Source: an uncultured Verrucomicrobiae bacterium (GTDB lineage Bacteria; Verrucomicrobiota; Verrucomicrobiia; Chthoniobacterales; UBA10450). Taken from it: a stretch of DNA of 64,000 nt. The notes beneath the pieces were generated by a model. That model worked only from the letters and a program-made list of their open reading frames with translations. It was not told the DNA's origin and did no database searches. The translations under genes and the position numbers were made by a program. Shown in pieces: positions 10,113 to 19,766 of this stretch. The first letter of the stretch is position 1. The number at the start of each line of letters is the position of its first letter. The stretch is from assembly GCA_963726745.1 (NCBI GenBank), contig CAVSDR010000006.1:384001-448000 (forward strand), in the 5' to 3' direction.

Positions 10113-11510
10113 CTAGTTAATCGTGACCATCGTTCCCACCGGAATCTCGGAGAAGAGTTTCTGCGCCACATCCGCCGGCAGCCGAATGCAGCCGTGCGAC
10201 GCGGGATAGTTGGGGACGACGCCGGCATGCAGGCCGAAATCGAGGCAATTCAGCCGCATGAAAAAGGGCATCGGCACCTTGTAGATGCTCGAGCGGTGAT
10301 CGCGATTCTTGTCCGTGACGACAAACTGTCCCGAAGGCGTGGCAAAACCTTTGCGCCCGGTGCTGATGGCGGTTTGCAGGATGGGCACGCCGTTTTTGAT
10401 CACCGACGCGCGCTGGGTCGCGAGCGAGATTTCCACGCGCAACTGATCCGGGCTGGGCCCGCGGCCGAGGAGCATTTGCACGCATTGCGGCTTCTGCGTG
10501 CGCGCCGCGAAATAGAGCGCGAGCATTTTGTAGCGCGCGGTCTGGCGGTTCCGCTCCGCGCCCGCATCGAGGAGCGCACGCAGATACTCGCTCTTCCCGA
10601 GCGCGGCCGCGAGCATGAGCACGGTCACGCCCTGGTCTTCGCGGGCGTAGCCGCGAAAATTGTCGGACTTCACTTGCGTGAGGAAGTTCTTCTCCGGCGG
10701 CGTCGGCAAGGTGGTGTTCGGGTCGGCCCCGACCGCGAGGAGTTGGCGGAAAAGTTCGGTGTCGTCCGTTGCGATGGACCACGCGAGCAACGGCGTGCTG
10801 CTGCCGACGGCGGTCGGCGGACCGGCGTGCTTCGCCAGGAGCAGCCGGCTCAGATCCGGCTGGTTATTTTGCAGCGAAAGGAGGAGGGCATGGCGGGTGG
10901 CATCGGTCCAGGGAAGGTTCGCCGGGGCGCGCTCGAGCACCGGCTGGAGGAGTTCAGCCTTCCCACTGGAAGCGGCCATCGTGAGCAGGTCGGGACCGTC
11001 CGCCGTGGGCGTGGCCAAGGACGGCTCTGTCTCCAGGAGGAAGGCGAGCGCGGCGGCTTCGCGCGCAAGCACTGCGTGGTGGGCCGCGGTCCGGCCGGCG
11101 GCATCGACCGCTGCCAGCCGCGCGCCGTTTTGCGCGAGCAAGCGCAGCAGAACCACGTCGCCATGGACCGCCGCGAACATCAACGGCGTGACCCCTTCGC
11201 TGTCGGCCAATTCAAGGTCCGCCTTGGCCGCGAGGAGATGCTCGACCTGGGCGCGATCGCGCTGTTGCACCGCCAGCGCGAGCCGGCTGCGGCCCTCGGC
11301 ATCGCGCACGTTCGGGTCGAAAGGAGTCGGCGCCGGGCTGGCGGCCGCGGCCTGCGCCGCCGGAGATTTAGGCAGCAAGATGGACGGCGCCCGCTGGCTT
11401 TGGTGGAAGGTCGCACGATAGAGCATGCCCCCGACTACGAGGCCAACGAGGACAATAAGGGTGCGGAGGGCGGACATGCGTTGGCGAGGATTTTGCGGCG
11501 GGGCAGGCAT
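10113..11510 (-). CDS. Ankyrin-repeat L,D-transpeptidase (YkuD family) with N-terminal membrane anchor
   Basis: Ankyrin repeats (GVTPLMFAA, GRTAAHHAV, GADPN, GVTVLMLAA) and catalytic FGLHAG...ASHGCIRL. Start at 11510 or ~11478. Confidence 0.88.
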   Translation of the reverse strand: MPAPPQNPRQRMSALRTLIVLVGLVVGGMLYRATFHQSQRAPSILLPKSPAAQAAAASPAPTPFDPNVRDAEGRSRLALAVQQRDRAQVEHLLAAKADLELADSEGVTPLMFAAVHGDVVLLRLLAQNGARLAAVDAAGRTAAHHAVLAREAAALAFLLETEPSLATPTADGPDLLTMAASSGKAELLQPVLERAPANLPWTDATRHALLLSLQNNQPDLSRLLLAKHAGPPTAVGSSTPLLAWSIATDDTELFRQLLAVGADPNTTLPTPPEKNFLTQVKSDNFRGYAREDQGVTVLMLAAALGKSEYLRALLDAGAERNRQTARYKMLALYFAARTQKPQCVQMLLGRGPSPDQLRVEISLATQRASVIKNGVPILQTAISTGRKGFATPSGQFVVTDKNRDHRSSIYKVPMPFFMRLNCLDFGLHAGVVPNYPASHGCIRLPADVAQKLFSEIPVGTMVTIN

Positions 11511-11595
11511 CGGAGTCAAGTGACCGCTCTGCGAAAGCAAGTCTGTGGCCGCCGGGCCGTTGACCTTTCCGGCGCAGCCGCTAGCGTCCGCCCAA

Positions 11596-12129
11596 ATGGC
11601 TCCAGACACGCTCGAAAGATTGCGCAGCGCGATTCGCGATGTGGCCGATTTCCCCAAGGCCGGGATCGTTTTCAAGGACATCACCCCGGTGCTGCAGGAC
11701 GGCGCGCTCTTTCGCTCGGCGATCGACCTGTTTCTCGATCGCTGCGACGGCCTCGAGCTCGACAAAATCGTCTGCATCGACGCGCGCGGCTTCCTCTTTG
11801 GCTCCGCCGTGGCTTACGAATTAGGCATCGGGCTGGTGCCGATCCGGAAGCGCGGGAAGCTCCCCTACAAGACCGAGCGTGCGGCCTACACCCTGGAGTA
11901 TGGCGAAGCCGAAATGGAGATGCACATCGACAGCATCGAGCCGGGCGAACGCATCGTCTTGATCGACGATCTGCTCGCGACCGGCGGCACTTCCGCCTCG
12001 GCGGTTACGCTGGTGCAAAAAGTCGGCGGCGTGCTCGTGGAAGCGCAGTTCTTGATCGAGCTAGAGTTTCTCCACGGCCGGGAAAAGCTCGAACCGGCCA
12101 CGCCCACGGTCTCGTTCCTGCGGTTTTAA
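11596..12129 (+). CDS. apt: Adenine phosphoribosyltransferase
   Basis: DFPKAGIVFKDITP, RKRGKLP, YTLEYG, IDDLLATGGT. Confidence 0.97.
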   Translation: MAPDTLERLRSAIRDVADFPKAGIVFKDITPVLQDGALFRSAIDLFLDRCDGLELDKIVCIDARGFLFGSAVAYELGIGLVPIRKRGKLPYKTERAAYTLEYGEAEMEMHIDSIEPGERIVLIDDLLATGGTSASAVTLVQKVGGVLVEAQFLIELEFLHGREKLEPATPTVSFLRF

Positions 12130-12141
12130 GCGCCGGCTGCG

Positions 12142-12552
12142 CTAGTGGCAGCCGCAGCCGTCGCCGCAGCTTCCGCCGCTCTCGCGCACGACCACTTCCA
12201 ACCCGATCTCCTGGAGCGCGAGCTGGTCGTGGATCGCCTCGAGCAAAGCAAGTGCGCGCTCATCGGGCATCTCGTCGCAATGGAGTTCGATGCGCGATTT
12301 TTTGTCGGCCAATTCCGGATGCTCGCCGATCAACTCGCCATCCAGGAGAAAGGAGGCGTAGGCGTTGAACTTCTCCTGCAGCTGGTGCAGGCGCTCATCG
12401 CTTCCATCCCAGGCGCGGTCTTCTTTCATGATCAAGAGGAGCTGGTCGGTCTTTTGGTCGAGGCCAAAGAGATCGATTACCGCGGGATTGGCCACGCCGG
12501 TGGCCGACTCTTGGGCCGGCGCATGTGTGTGTTCGTCGTGGTCGTGTCGCAT
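12142..12552 (-). CDS. Hypothetical protein (DUF6572-like) with His-rich N-terminus and Cys/His C-terminus
   Basis: LQEKFNAYASFLLDGEL core recalled as DUF6572-like. Termini MRHDHDEHTH and GSCGDGCGCH. Confidence 0.6.
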   Translation of the reverse strand: MRHDHDEHTHAPAQESATGVANPAVIDLFGLDQKTDQLLLIMKEDRAWDGSDERLHQLQEKFNAYASFLLDGELIGEHPELADKKSRIELHCDEMPDERALALLEAIHDQLALQEIGLEVVVRESGGSCGDGCGCH

Positions 12553-12649
12553 TCACAGCTCATAGCGCGCGCAAGGTTCAACGACTCGCGGGCCACGTCC
12601 AGCGAGCTTTGCGATTTGCTGTGCGCAGCGGGAGGCCGCAGGGTTTCCG

Positions 12650-13504
12650 GTGCGCTTCCTCTTCCTTCTTATCGCGACCACTGCCCTGGCCCGGGCCGGC
12701 TTCACCCCCGAGCTGATCCAGAACAACAGCTACTGGGGCGACGGCAAAGCCGAGTTTAACATCTACGGCGGCGAGATCGCGCGCTACGGCACCCCGCGCC
12801 CGGTGGATAACATTCTCCACATCTTCGTGCGCGAACCTTACGATCCGGCGCAGGCGGTGAAGCCGGATGACTGGAACAAGCCGGGCACGGTCCAGGTCTT
12901 GAAGCTCAACCAGATCATCCAGGTCCAGACTGGGCTCTACGTTTACCAGCAAATGCACTCGAACTTCTGGCGGGTGGAAGACAGTGCGCTGGCTAAGTTT
13001 TCCCTAACGAGCAATGACAGCTGCGGGAATACCTATAAGGAAGGCCGCCGCCCCGATGGCGCGCAGCCTTGGGATTACGAGTGGCATACCTATTGGGATG
13101 GAATGGCGCGCGGCGAGGAAAAAGTCACGCCGCCGGCCGACGGGTACTTTTACGACGAGCTTCCGTGGCTCGTGCGCACGATCGATTTTTCCAAGCCGGA
13201 GCCGTTCGAGATCCAATTAGCCGGCACCATGATCAAGTCGAAGAAGGACACCTTCGAATGGAAGCCCGCGAAGATTTCCTTTACCCAAACCGACAAGCTC
13301 ATCGACGTGGCGGTGGAGCACGCCGGTGGCACGGATCACTTCTTTCTCGACCGCGGCGGCCCGCATCTCCTGCGCGAGTGGAAGGCGGCCGATGGCAGCC
13401 ACCTGAAACTGAAGCGCAACCTCAAGGTCGCTTACTGGAACTACAACAAGCCAGGCGATCGCGAGCGGGCCTTCAACGATCCGATGCTGCGACTGCCGGA
13501 CTAA
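12650..13504 (+). CDS. Secreted hypothetical protein
   Basis: Signal peptide MRFLFLLIATTALARA, 284-aa ORF with host-like codon usage (YWGDGKAE, DSCG). Confidence 0.75.
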   Translation: MRFLFLLIATTALARAGFTPELIQNNSYWGDGKAEFNIYGGEIARYGTPRPVDNILHIFVREPYDPAQAVKPDDWNKPGTVQVLKLNQIIQVQTGLYVYQQMHSNFWRVEDSALAKFSLTSNDSCGNTYKEGRRPDGAQPWDYEWHTYWDGMARGEEKVTPPADGYFYDELPWLVRTIDFSKPEPFEIQLAGTMIKSKKDTFEWKPAKISFTQTDKLIDVAVEHAGGTDHFFLDRGGPHLLREWKAADGSHLKLKRNLKVAYWNYNKPGDRERAFNDPMLRLPD

Positions 13505-13514
13505 CGGATCCTCC

Positions 13515-13585
13515 GCCACGGAGCGACACGGATTTTCACGGAGGAAGAGTCTGAAATCCGTGTTTCATCCGGGTTCATCCATGGC
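13515..13585. repeat. Intergenic imperfect palindrome (REP-like)
   Basis: GCCACGGA...ACACGGATTTTCA pairs with TGAAATCCGTGT...TCCATGGC. CACGGA occurs three times in the left arm. Confidence 0.65.
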
Positions 13586-13598
13586 TAAATAGAGCCCT

Positions 13599-14012
13599 AT
13601 GGCGAAAGCAAAAACTTCCAAGCTCACGCTCCTCGGCCGCAGCGAAACGCGCCTGCCGAAATCGCCTAACGAGGCGCGCCTGGAGACCTTCCCCACGCCC
13701 TCGCAGCGGCCATACACGATTCGTTTCGAGACGGCTGATTTCACCTCGCTGTGTCCCGTCACTGGGCAGATGGATTTCGCGCAAATCGTGATCGAGTACG
13801 TGCCCGACCAGCTCTGCGTGGAGAGCAAATCGCTCAAGTTTTACCTCGCCTCCTTCCGCAACGAGCGCGCTTTCAACGAAGCGGTGACCAATCGCATTCT
13901 CGATGATTTCGTGGCCGCGGTGCAGCCGCGCCAGGCGGTCGTGACCGCGGAGTTTTCCGCGCGCGGCGGCATCGCGTTGACCGTGCGCGCGGAGCATTAC
14001 GGCGAGCAATAG
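13599..14012 (+). CDS. queF: NADPH-dependent preQ0 reductase (short type)
   Basis: FTSLCPVTGQMDFA, VESKSLKFYL, ARGGI. Confidence 0.93.
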   Translation: MAKAKTSKLTLLGRSETRLPKSPNEARLETFPTPSQRPYTIRFETADFTSLCPVTGQMDFAQIVIEYVPDQLCVESKSLKFYLASFRNERAFNEAVTNRILDDFVAAVQPRQAVVTAEFSARGGIALTVRAEHYGEQ

Positions 14013-14033
14013 GCGGCATTTTCACCGCGCCTC

Positions 14034-15285
14034 ATGGAAGCCGCGCCTCCGACTTTCGCCGAGGCTTTCCGCTTTTGGCTCAAGCTCGGCTTCATCAGCT
14101 TCGGCGGCCCCGCGGGGCAAATCGCGATCATGCAGACGGAGCTGGTGGAGCGGCGCCGCTGGATCAGCCAGGAGCGCTTCCTTCATGCGCTCAATTTTTG
14201 CATGTTGCTGCCTGGCCCGGAGGCGCAGCAGCTCGCGATCTACATCGGCTGGCTGCTCCATCGGACGGCCGGCGGGATCGTGGCCGGCGGGCTCTTCGTC
14301 TTGCCGTCCAGTTTTCATCCTCTGGGGACTGAGCGCGATCTATGCGGCCTACGGTAATCTCCCGTGGATCGCGGCCCTCTTTTACGGGCTCAAGCCAGCG
14401 GTGCTCGCGATCGTGGCCGCCGCTGTCCTGCGGATCGGGCGCAAGGCGCTCAAGACACCGCTGCGCTGGAGCCTCGCGGCGGCGGCCTTCATCGCGATCT
14501 TCTTCCTGCGGGTGCCGTTTCCCCTGATCGTTTTCTCCGCGCTCGCGCTCGGATTTTTTCTGCCCGCGGAAATTAGACAGCAAGATGACCGCTCGTTAGG
14601 CGCCGAGCCAGCGCCGGGCTTGCGGCGCAGCCTGCTCATCGTCGCGACCTGCCTGGCGCTCTGGTGGACGCCGGTCGCGCTCATGGGACTTTGGCAAGGC
14701 TGGCATTCCGCGCTTTTCCAGGAGGGCGTGTTCTTCAGCAAGACCGCGATCGTGACTTTCGGCGGCGCTTACGCGGTGCTGCCGTATGTGGCGCAGCACG
14801 CGCACGAGACCTATGGCTGGCTGCAAAGCGGGCAAATGGTCGATGGCCTCGGGCTGGCGGAGACCACCCCGGGACCGCTGATCATGGTCCTGCAATTTGT
14901 CGGGTTCATGGGCGGTTGGAATCATCCGGGCGCGCTCCCGCCGTTGCTCGCGGCCACGCTCGGCGCGGTTCTCACCACCTGGGTCACCTTCGTGCCGTGC
15001 TTCCTTTGGATTTTCCTGGGCGCGCCCTATGTCGAAAAGCTGCGCGACCATGCCCGCCTGCGCGGCGCGCTCGGGACCGTCACCGCCGCGGTCGTGGGCG
15101 TGATCTTGAACCTCGCGGTTTGGTTCGGCTGGCAGGTGCTTTTCCCAGGAGGGCGCGGGTTCGATTGGTTTGCCGGCGTGCTCGCCGCGATCGCCCTGGC
15201 GGGAATGGTGCGCTGGCGCTGGGGGGTGATTCCGGTGGTGCTCGGCTGCGGCGTGGCCGGCGTGCTCCACCGCTTCGTCGCCTAG
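14034..15285 (+). CDS. chrA: Chromate efflux transporter (frameshift near 14310)
   Basis: [25 protein letters not shown]. Second half [18 protein letters not shown]. Confidence 0.9.
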
Positions 15286-15351
15286 GCTGATTGACTTGAA
15301 ACCTTTTGATTTTAGCTTCCCGGACCCGCGCGCAACGCTGCGCTCTCCCGT

Positions 15352-17157
15352 GTGAAAAACGTCCTCTTTGTCTGTACCGGAAACATCTGCCGCAGCCCGA
15401 TGGCGGAAGGTCTTTTCCGCCGGATGCTCGGGAAACGCGGCGACATCGCGGTGGCGTCTGCCGGGGTCCACGCGGTGCGCGGGCAGCCACCGAGCACCTT
15501 TGCGGTCCAGGCCTTGCGCGACGAGGGCGTGGACATCAACGGCCTGCGCAGCCAGCCGCTCACGGCCACGCTGGTCGAGCGCGCGACCCACATTTTCGCG
15601 ATGACCGGCGCGCATCTGGAATCGATTCAGATGCTCTTCCCGCAGGCCGCGGAGAAGACTTATCTCCTGCGCGAATTTGAAGAAGCCGGCACCACGGTTT
15701 GGCGCGATGTGCCCGACCCGATCGGCTGCAGTCGCGACGTCTACCTGGTCTGCGCGGCCACGATCAAAAACGCTTTACCGAGTGTGCTCGCGTTCGTAGA
15801 ACAAAGCCCGGCGGCAGTGCCGGCGAGCGCGCGCCCGGGCGGTTCTCTTTCCTACTCTATGGCTGAATTGTCTTCACACACGGCGGGCGGGCCCGGCGCT
15901 TCGGCGACCGGCGGGCAGAGTAGCGGCGGCTTGCGCAAAGCCGATCCGGAAATCTTCGACGTCATCCAGGCGGAGGAAAAACGGCAGCGCGAAGGGATCG
16001 AGCTGATCGCCTCGGAAAACTTCACCAGCCGCGCGGTCATGGAAGCGCAGGGCAGTTGCCTAACGAATAAATACGCCGAGGGCTATCCGGGAAAACGCTG
16101 GTACGGCGGCTGCGAAAACGTCGACGTGGCCGAGCAGCTCGCGATCGACCGTGCGAAGCGCCTCTTCGATTGCGAACACGTCAACGTCCAGCCGCACAGC
16201 GGCGCGCAGGCGAACATGGCGGTCTACTTCTCCGTCCTGAAACCGGGCGACAAGATCCTCGCGATGAACCTGGCCCATGGCGGCCACTTGACCCACGGGC
16301 ACCCGGCGAATTTCTCCGGCAAGTTCTATGAAGTTGCTGCCTATGGCGTGAGCGAGCAGGACGAGCGGATCGATTACGACGCGCTCGCGAAACAAGCCGA
16401 GGAAGTGCGACCGGCGATGATCACCGCGGGCGCTTCCGCCTATCCGCGCACGATCGATTTTCCGCGCCTGCGCCAGATCGCCGATTCGGTGGACGCGCTC
16501 CTTTTCATCGACATGGCGCACATCGCCGGGCTCGTCGCCGGCGGTCAGCATCCGAGCCCGATTCCGCACGCGCATTTCGTGACCACGACGACGCACAAAA
16601 GCTTGCGCGGCCCGCGCGGCGGCATCGTGATGTGCCAGGAAAAGTTTGCCAAGGGGATCGACGGCACGGTTTTCCCCGGCATCCAGGGCGGCCCGCTGAT
16701 GCACGTGATCGCGGCCAAGGCCGTCTGCTTCCACGAGGCGTTGCAGCCGCAGTTCCGCGAATACCAGCGGCAAGTGGTGGTGAATGCGAAGGCGCTCGCC
16801 GCTGGCCTGGCGAAGCATGGTTTCCGCATCGTCTCCGGCGGGACCGACAATCACCTCATGCTGGTCGACCTGCGGCCGAAAGATTTAAACGGCAAGATCG
16901 CGCAGGAAGTCCTCGATCGTGCCGGAATCACGGTAAACAAAAACGGCATCCCCTTCGATACGCTGCCGATCTTTAAGCCCGGCGGCATCCGCGTGGGCAC
17001 ACCTGCGGTCACCACTCGCGGGATGCGCGAGGAAGAGATGCTCGACATCGCCGATCTGATCAACGAAGCGCTCGAGAAACGCGACGACGCCCCGGCCTTG
17101 ACCGCGATCCACGGAAAAGTGCGCGAGATCATGCGGCGCTTTCCGCTCCCGTCGTAG
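15352..17157 (+). CDS. glyA: Fusion of a low-molecular-weight protein Tyr/Arg phosphatase and serine hydroxymethyltransferase
   Basis: [14 protein letters not shown] and DVPDP (LMW-PTP), followed in frame by [36 protein letters not shown] (SHMT). Confidence 0.92.
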   Translation: MKNVLFVCTGNICRSPMAEGLFRRMLGKRGDIAVASAGVHAVRGQPPSTFAVQALRDEGVDINGLRSQPLTATLVERATHIFAMTGAHLESIQMLFPQAAEKTYLLREFEEAGTTVWRDVPDPIGCSRDVYLVCAATIKNALPSVLAFVEQSPAAVPASARPGGSLSYSMAELSSHTAGGPGASATGGQSSGGLRKADPEIFDVIQAEEKRQREGIELIASENFTSRAVMEAQGSCLTNKYAEGYPGKRWYGGCENVDVAEQLAIDRAKRLFDCEHVNVQPHSGAQANMAVYFSVLKPGDKILAMNLAHGGHLTHGHPANFSGKFYEVAAYGVSEQDERIDYDALAKQAEEVRPAMITAGASAYPRTIDFPRLRQIADSVDALLFIDMAHIAGLVAGGQHPSPIPHAHFVTTTTHKSLRGPRGGIVMCQEKFAKGIDGTVFPGIQGGPLMHVIAAKAVCFHEALQPQFREYQRQVVVNAKALAAGLAKHGFRIVSGGTDNHLMLVDLRPKDLNGKIAQEVLDRAGITVNKNGIPFDTLPIFKPGGIRVGTPAVTTRGMREEEMLDIADLINEALEKRDDAPALTAIHGKVREIMRRFPLPS

Positions 17158-17172
17158 CGACGGCACGCGCCA

Positions 17173-18705
17173 ATGCAAGACACGGGAAGCAATCCGCTGC
17201 GCGAAGGCATCGCCAGCCGGAGCGTGCCCGAGGCTTGCACGGTGGTGATCTTCGGCGCCACCGGCGACCTGACGCACCGGAAGCTTATGCCGGCGCTCTA
17301 CAATCTCGCGGCCGATGGCGAGCTGCCGCCAGACCTCGCGGTCATTGGCGTCGCCCGCCGTCCGAAAACAGACGACGAGTTCCGCGGCGATCTCGAGGCA
17401 GCGGCGAAGAAATTTAGCCGGCAAACTGTGCGCGCGGACCTGTGGAATGCGTTCGCCGGCTCCGTCTTTTATCACCAGAGCGAGTTCCACGACGCCGCCG
17501 GCTACCAGCGTCTCGCGGAGCGCCTGCAAAAGATGGACCAGGAACGCGAGACCGGCGGCAATCGCCTTTTCTATCTCGCGGTCGCGCCCGACCAGTTCGA
17601 GCCGATCTTGAAGAATCTCGCCGCCGCCGGCTTGAACAAGCCGCAAGGCGACGCATGGGCCCGCGTGATCGTGGAGAAACCCTTCGGTGCCGATCTGGAA
17701 TCAGCGCGCAAGCTGAACGCGCTCGTGAGCGCCGCTTTCCCGGAGCAGGACACTTTTCGCATCGATCACTTTCTCGGGAAGGAGACCGCGCAAAACATTC
17801 TCGTGCTGCGTTTCGCGAACGCGATTTTCGAGCCGCTCTGGAACACGCGCTACATCGACCACGTGCAGATCACCGCCGCCGAGACGCTCGGGGTCGAAGG
17901 ACGCGCCGGCTATTACGAAGGCGCCGGCGCCCTGCGCGACATGGTGCAGAATCATCTCCTGCAATTGCTCTGCCTCGTTGGGATGGAGCCGCCGACTGAT
18001 CTGCGGGCCGACAGCGTCCGCGACGAGAAGGTCAAGATCGTCCGCTCGCTCCGCCGCCTAACGAATGAAGCAGTCGCGACCGATGTGGTGCGCGCGCAAT
18101 ACGCTGCCGGCGCAATTGCGGGCCAGGAGGTGCCAGCCTACCGCGCCGAGGAAAAGGTGAGCAAAGATTCAAAGACCGAGACCTTCGTCGCCCTCCGCTT
18201 GCACATCGACAATTGGCGCTGGGCCGATGTCCCGATCTACATGCGCGTGGGCAAGCGGCTGCCAAAATCCGGCACCGAAATCTCAGTCCATTTCAAGGAT
18301 GCGCCCTCGGTTCTCTTCAACAAGGAGGGGGAAGCGCTCGGCCACAATGTGCTGGTTATTCGCATCCAGCCGGACGAGGGCATCTCCCTCCGAATGCAGG
18401 CGAAAGTGCCCGGCAGCAGCTTCCGCATCGAGCCGGTGAAGATGGATTTTCACTACGGAACTTCCTTTGGCAAAGCCAGCCCGGAAGCCTACGAGCGTCT
18501 CCTGCTCGATGCCATGAGCGGCGACGCCACCCTCTTCGCGCGCCGCGACGAAGTCGAGCAAGCCTGGTCTTTCATCGACGGCATTGAGGAAGCCTGGCGC
18601 GAGCCCGAGGGCCCAAAGCTGCATGAGTATCCCGCCGGTTCCTGGGGCCCGGACGCGGCCGACGAACTCCTCGCCCGCGACGGCCGCGCCTGGCGGCGGA
18701 TGTAG
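17173..18705 (+). CDS. zwf: Glucose-6-phosphate 1-dehydrogenase
   Basis: GATGDL, RIDHFLGKE, RDMVQNH, YERLLLD. Confidence 0.97.
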   Translation: MQDTGSNPLREGIASRSVPEACTVVIFGATGDLTHRKLMPALYNLAADGELPPDLAVIGVARRPKTDDEFRGDLEAAAKKFSRQTVRADLWNAFAGSVFYHQSEFHDAAGYQRLAERLQKMDQERETGGNRLFYLAVAPDQFEPILKNLAAAGLNKPQGDAWARVIVEKPFGADLESARKLNALVSAAFPEQDTFRIDHFLGKETAQNILVLRFANAIFEPLWNTRYIDHVQITAAETLGVEGRAGYYEGAGALRDMVQNHLLQLLCLVGMEPPTDLRADSVRDEKVKIVRSLRRLTNEAVATDVVRAQYAAGAIAGQEVPAYRAEEKVSKDSKTETFVALRLHIDNWRWADVPIYMRVGKRLPKSGTEISVHFKDAPSVLFNKEGEALGHNVLVIRIQPDEGISLRMQAKVPGSSFRIEPVKMDFHYGTSFGKASPEAYERLLLDAMSGDATLFARRDEVEQAWSFIDGIEEAWREPEGPKLHEYPAGSWGPDAADELLARDGRAWRRM

Positions 18706-18707
18706 CC

Positions 18708-19766
18708 ATGCCTGCCGTGGCCGAGAATTTTTCCACCGGTGTGCCGGTCGAGATCGGCAAGATCGAGCGCGAGCTGAAGAAGCTCTGGGAACAAGGGGGC
18801 GAGCAGATGACGCGCGCTTCGCTGGTCAATCTCGCGGTCTATTCCGAGGCGCCGGACTCGTTAGGCCGCAACACCCAGATCGTGGCGCAGTTGACCGAGG
18901 ACCACGCCTGTCGCGCGATCGTGGTCGCGGCCGATCCGGCGGCGAAAGAGAATCGCGTGGAGGCCTGGATCGCGGCGCATTGTCACGTCAGCCGCGCCGG
19001 GAGCAAGCAGGTCTGCTCGGAGCAAATCTCGTTTCGGCTCAGCGGCACGCAGGCCAGGTTGCTGCCTAATGTTCTCTTCGCGCATCTCGACTCCGACCTG
19101 CCGTTCTATCTCTGGTGGCAGGGCGAATTCCACCAGCCGATGGACCCGCAACTCTGGGCCTGGGTCGACCGCGTGATCTATGACAGCCAGGCCTGGCAGG
19201 ATTTCGAAGTCCAGATGCAGCTGGTCGAGACGGCGCAAAAGGAAGCGAACGAGCGCATCGTCCTGTGCGATTTGAACTGGAACCGGCTGGTCCATGTGCG
19301 CCTGGCGCTGGCGCACTTTTTCGACGGCCCCGCGGCGCAGAATCATCTCGTGAACGTGAGCCGCGTCCAGATCGTCCATGGTGCCGGCTATCGCTCGACC
19401 GGCGTGCTTCTCGCCGGCTGGCTGGCCGCGCAACTGGGCTGGACCCTGATCGAAGCGGCGGACGAAACCACCCTCGGTTTCTCCAATTGTGTCGGTGAAA
19501 GCATTCGCGTCACGCTCGAGGAAAAAGCAGGCGACCCGATCGGCCGCTGCAGCATCTTCTCCGGCGTGGCGGAATTTCGCGTGGTCGATCCCGACGACAG
19601 CGACCTGCTCGAGGCGACCATGCTGGTGGACGGTCGCGAGCGTATGCGCCAGCTCATGCCCGCGGGGCAAGACGAGCCGGTCGCGCTCATGCGCGAGGAA
19701 CTGATGCGAGGCGGGCCGCACCGCGTCTACCTGCGCGCGATCGAGACGGTGCGCGAACTACTTTAG
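18708..19766 (+). CDS. opcA: G6PDH assembly protein OpcA
   Basis: IERELKKLW, CSEQI, DLPFYLWWQG, DLNWNRL. Immediately after zwf. Confidence 0.9.
   Translation: MPAVAENFSTGVPVEIGKIERELKKLWEQGGEQMTRASLVNLAVYSEAPDSLGRNTQIVAQLTEDHACRAIVVAADPAAKENRVEAWIAAHCHVSRAGSKQVCSEQISFRLSGTQARLLPNVLFAHLDSDLPFYLWWQGEFHQPMDPQLWAWVDRVIYDSQAWQDFEVQMQLVETAQKEANERIVLCDLNWNRLVHVRLALAHFFDGPAAQNHLVNVSRVQIVHGAGYRSTGVLLAGWLAAQLGWTLIEAADETTLGFSNCVGESIRVTLEEKAGDPIGRCSIFSGVAEFRVVDPDDSDLLEATMLVDGRERMRQLMPAGQDEPVALMREELMRGGPHRVYLRAIETVRELL

Noticed and set aside
9552..12368. 938-aa plus-strand ORF and other long antisense ORFs (e.g. 3101..4945, 21021..22751)
   Set aside because: Shadow ORFs of GC-rich genes on the opposite strand or in another frame, Arg/Gly-rich and without recognisable motifs.
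13505..13598. preQ1 riboswitch upstream of queF
   Set aside because: No preQ1-I stem-loop with A-rich tail is visible. A REP-like palindrome fills the interval.
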